Below are positions 59,661 to 64,000 of a stretch of 64,000 nucleotides of DNA, piece by piece (position 1 is the stretch's first letter; every line of letters starts with the position of its first letter). This DNA comes from Eledone cirrhosa. Taxonomy: Eukaryota. The notes under the pieces are model-generated. The model was not told where the DNA came from. It saw only the letters and a program-made list of their open reading frames with translations, and did no database searches. Made by a program: the position numbers and the translations under genes. The DNA lies in assembly GCA_964016885.1 (NCBI GenBank), contig OZ024742.1, forward strand, positions 150,412,001 through 150,476,000, written 5' to 3'.

Positions 59661-60206
59661 CGGATTGGCAGTATCGGTAGAGCGTCAGACACCATGCTTT
59701 ACGGCAGAGAGTTATGGCCCTTTACGTTCTGAGTTCAAATCCTGACGAGGTTAACTTTTGCCTTTCATCCTTACGAGGTCGATAAAATAAAGCACCTGGG
59801 ATAATTGCTGACTGGTGGACTGGGTCTAAAAATATTGGTTGCCAGGAGATGAAGGGGACCCACCTACATATAGAATACTATCATTTAATTTTTATAATAA
59901 ATAAATAGCATGTTCAAAAATATATAAGTGGAAACAAAACAGTGCAATCAAATTTTTGCGAAAAATATCTAACCTTCTCTAATAAAAAATATGTATTTTG
60001 CGAAATCCAGAGACTTTCAATAATTGTTTCTACTTTTGGCACAAGGCCAGCAATTATACCAGTGCATTACTGGTACTTTATTTTATCGACCCCGTAAGGA
60101 TGAAAGACAAAGTTAACCTCGGCGGGGTTTTAACTCAGATAGTAAAGGGCCGTAACTCCATGCGGCAAAGGATGGCGTCCGACCCTCTACCGATACTACC
60201 AATCCA
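59661..60206. mobile_element. Two main-family SINEs (59661-59810 +; 60021-60206 -)
   Basis: A box, B box and core present in both. Confidence 0.88.
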
Positions 60207-60208
60207 AC

Positions 60209-60644
60209 TAGAAGTCGACCCTAACTATTACTAATAGTTTTAGGAAAGCCATGAACGACACCACATCTTTTTAACTTTGATTTTGAAAGTAGGTTTATAA
60301 TGATCAATTTTCATTATATTTTTGTAGCTGTCTCGGTAGCCTAGTTGGAGGAATCATAGACGGTGGTGATCTTGGTTTGAAGCTCCATCTAGGTCGGGAG
60401 TAGAGTTCCCAGTAAACCATTTCAGTTTTTTTCTATTAGTTGTAAAATAAAAACTGACCAGGATTGAACACGACGCCAGGATCTCCACCGTCTTTAGTAT
60501 CTACCGCTAGGCCACAGAGACACCAACGAAAATCTTATGAAAATTCATACTTATAAACCTACTTCCAAAATTTTCAAAACAAAGTGTTGTGGTGTCGTTC
60601 ATGTCTTTCTTAATGTTATTGCTCCTACTTAAGGTCGACTTCTA
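60209..60644. mobile_element. MITE-like hairpin element with long imperfect TIRs, each holding a tRNA-like segment; second copy 62107-62470
   Basis: Termini TAGAAGTCGACC / GGTCGACTTCTA; mirrored CATGAACGACACCACA and AAGTAGGTTTATAA. Confidence 0.75.
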
Positions 60645-61134
60645 AATCATTTGGGTGTTCCATAAACTACATCCTCGTTTTGTTTCACATCTATCTAGAA
60701 TATATTTTAACCTGTAGTCCATGTTTCATTTCTGTTGCACCTCATTTCTCCCCCCTCTCTTTCTCTCTATGATATTTGAATGTACTATGTACTATGATTT
60801 GAGCTTGCTTTATTCATATATATATATATATATATGTTTTTGCATGTCAGATTCAAACTTACAATGATTGGCATATATATATATATATATATAATGCCAA
60901 TCATTGTAAGTTTGAATCTGACATGCAAAAACATATATATATATATATGAATAAAGTAAACCCAAATCATAGTACATAGTACATTCAAATATCACAGAGA
61001 GAAAGAGAGGGGGGAGAAATGAGGTGCAACAGAAATGAAACATGGACTACAGGTTAAAATATATTCTAGATAGATGTGAAACAAAACGAGGATGTAGTCG
61101 ACCTTAAGTAGGAGCAATAACATTAAGAAAGACA
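60602..61134. repeat. ~530-bp palindrome centred on (TA)n
   Basis: Arms 60602-60874 and 60894-61134; right arm lacks 28 bp. Confidence 0.97.
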
Positions 61135-61704
61135 CACACACACACACACACATATATATATCTTACTGCTTCCTCTTTCTCTGTATCTTTACCCTCTCTA
61201 ACAGTCACTCTCTCTGTTAGCCTCTTCCTCACCATTCACTCACTCTCTGTTACTACCTCTCCTCCTCCTCCTGCTTCCCGTTTGACATGTGCGTAATTCT
61301 TTTCTTTCGCACCCTTGGTCAGGCAGGTCGCTTTTTTTCTCTCTCTCGTCTACGATTTCACAGAACTTATGTTCACCGAATTCACAGACTAGATCCCTTC
61401 TTCCTCCCGTTAGACCTGTACGGAATTCCTTCCTTGCTCACATTCCAACCAGGTTTGATGGTCTTTATTCTCTCTCGTTCACGATTTCACCGAACTTATA
61501 TTCATGGAAATTTGGGACTTGACTCCTTCTTCCTCACTTTTCGTTGCTTCACCATCTTTGTTTGTTTACACTCTCGTGTCCCCTTTATTTACGTGTCCCA
61601 ACGACTTTTTTTAGCCGTTGCTCGCACCAACCGGAGGTATATGGTCTTTAAAGCGATGAAATATCGATGATGGTTGGAAGATCACTGATGAAGGACTAAC
61701 TTCA

Positions 61705-61753
<49 letters not shown>

Positions 61754-61889
61754 ATATTATTAATATCATTGAATATTATACTCCAGAAAACTGTTGAGTG
61801 CTTCAAATCAGTTATAAACATATATATTTGTTGAATTACCAACATATAAGCAAATATATAAGCAAAAGGGATATTTAATTTGTTGGTAA

Positions 61890-61977
61890 TCAATCTTCTG
61901 GCCCTTTGGTAACAACCTTATTATTTCTATGTGTGTTTAATTGTTGAATTAATTTAATTTGATTATATTAGCAAACA

Positions 61978-62017
<40 letters not shown>

Positions 62018-62105
62018 TGTTTGCTAATATAATCAAATTAAATTAATTCAACAGTTAAACACACATAGAAATAATAAGGTTGTTACCAAAGAGCCAGAAG
62101 ATTGA
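61890..62105. repeat. 216-bp palindrome centred on (TA)n
   Basis: ~93-bp arms, 2 mismatches. Confidence 0.97.
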
Positions 62106-62106
62106 C

Positions 62107-62690
62107 AAGTCGACCCTAAATATTACTCATAGCTCCAGGAAAGCCATGAACGACACCACATCTTTATAACTTTGATTTTGAAAGTAAGTTTATAATTATC
62201 AATTTTCATTATACTTTTGTAGCTGTCTCGGCGGCCTAGTTGGCGGAATCATAGACGGTGGTGATTCTGGTCGGGAGTAAGGTTCCCGGTAAACCTTTTC
62301 AGTTTTTTCTATTGGTTGTAAAATATAAACGGAAAAAGGCTACATGTACCTCTTGACCAGGATTGAACCCAAGGCTAGGATCTCCGCCGTTTCTAGTACC
62401 TACCGCTAGGCTACAGAGACAACTACGAAAACTTTCTTAATGTTATTGTGCCTACTTAAGGTCGACTTCAAAATCATTTGGGTGTTCCGTAAACTACATC
62501 CTCGTTTTGTTTCATATCTATCTAGACTACATTTTAACTTGTAATCCATGTTTCCTTTCTGTTGCACCTCATTCCACCCCCTCTCTCTCAATCACTCTCT
62601 CCCTCTCAGCCCCCCCTCTCTCTCTCTCTTTCTCTCTCACTCACTTTCTCTCTGTGATATTTGAATCTTCTATGATTTGGATTTACCTTA
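62107..62690 (+). repeat. Diverged direct duplicate of 60212-60810
   Basis: Element and its right flank (ACTACATCCTCGTTTTGTTTCA...) are both repeated. Confidence 0.9.
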
Positions 62691-63017
62691 TTCTTTTTAT
62701 TCTTTTTCTTAGATTTCTGGTATTTTTTTAAAGCAAAGCATTGGCCCCTAAAATACTACAGTTCGCCCTGCAATGCTACTGTGAGCTCTTGCAATAATAC
62801 TTGACATTGGGCAACCTGGCACCCTGGTCAGTCCGCCACTGCATATACGCACATATATTCACATACACACATCATCACACATACACACACGCATCACCAC
62901 ATACATATACACACATACATACATGACGACACAACAGTAATCTACCTCACAAAACTCACGAACACCATTACTCTACTACTGACAACACTAACCCCATCAC
63001 CACCACTACTACTACCT

Positions 63018-63697
63018 AAGGCCGGATTTAGATCGGGGGGGGGGCTTCAGGTTTGGTGGGGGGAGGGAGGTATACACAAAAATTTAGAATACACAGCAAA
63101 CCCCCAATTTTACATATCAAAGTCGGCTTGGTACAAGTAATTGGAATTGAAAAGTTATCCATACAGGTATTAAATTTGAAAAAAATTAACCATCCTCATT
63201 TTCACGTCCAGTTTCTACTCTGGCACGTGTTGGACGGGGTGTCACAGTTCGAGACCAGACATATCGGAGTGACCACATCTTGCTCATACATTACATATTT
63301 GGCATGGTTTCTATGGCTGGATGCTTCCACTTTAGAGTTTTTGCTGGGTGCATTGTTTTTGCGATACAGGACAACCACTTTACACAGTTGACTAGGTATA
63401 TTTTATTAAGGCACTAACACTAACAATTTACATGATGTATTGAGTGCATTTTATCGTGTAACTAGTACTAGAAAGGTCGTCACATGTTCAGTCAGATTAA
63501 AAACTTCCCTTAAACACTATATTGTCTCCATTTGATTGATAAACACTGTAACCTCTTGATCTCTCACCACACTTACTTTTAATGTCTCATTGTGTGTACA
63601 GGTGGGCAATAAATTTCTACGACTGTGGCTAGTGAAACTCGAAGCTGCGATGCCTCGGGGCCATTTCCTCCTTTCGCTGTATTAAATCCGGTCCTGA
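63018..63697. mobile_element. Possible hAT-type MITE
   Basis: Ends AAGGCCGGATTA / AAATCCGGTCCTG resemble CAGGGCCGGATT termini. Confidence 0.45.
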
Positions 63698-63698
63698 T

Positions 63699-64000
63699 AC
63701 TACTACTACCAACACCACTGACACTACCCTACAACTACTGTTACCTCCATCTCTTCCACGATTACTTCCATGACCACCACTATAAATACCGCTACCCCCA
63801 ACACTACTCCTATCACACCAACAGCCCCACTACTACAATCACCATCACCAACACTACTACCACTACTACCACAACTATCACACCACAACAAATATCGACA
63901 CCAACGCTATCTAGTATCACCTCTATCGCTACCATTCCCACTTCTATTATCACACCTTTTAATTCACTCAGCCACCACCATCATCCCTGCCACTCTCCCT
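63699..64000. repeat. Degenerate (ACT/ACC)n low-complexity sequence
   Basis: Seen directly. Confidence 0.8.

Larger units (their letters stand above)
59811..62841. mobile_element. Possible non-autonomous hAT element enclosing the 60-62.7 kb rearrangements
   Basis: Left ACTGGTGGACTGGG..GGTTGCCAGG and right CCTGGCACCCTGGTCAGTCCGCCACTG resemble CAGTGGCGGACTG termini; no TSD found. Confidence 0.4.

Noticed and set aside
61287-61700. 127-aa ORF and a CTGATGAAGGA motif
   Set aside because: Contains a ~129-bp internal duplication; probably a decayed Penelope-like fragment; hammerhead core incomplete.

Overview
AT-rich, repeat-dominated eukaryotic DNA. The MetaSINE-type SINE and the extreme (TA)n/(CATA)n load point to an octopod cephalopod (inference). 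No complete host gene is visible. Host-like coding sequence is limited to a minus-strand signal-peptide exon (41895-41970) and an isolated, decayed SLC4A11/BTR1-like exon (29378-29570). Mobile elements: a near full-length RLE-type non-LTR retrotransposon of the R4/Dong clade (about 48223-52816, three lesions) plus two 5'-truncated R4-type copies, all in the same orientation inside (CATA)n arrays; RTE-derived bipartite elements; hAT, pogo and mariner relics; MITEs; a non-autonomous Helitron; many SINEs; and a 5 x ~1.25 kb tandem array. The most striking unexplained pattern is seven young fold-back palindromes (arms ~20-280 bp), five centred exactly on a (TA)n run. Junction microhomologies and a paralogue that shows polarity suggest recurrent microsatellite-primed snap-back duplication. 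Nearly all long ORFs in the track are microsatellite artefacts.
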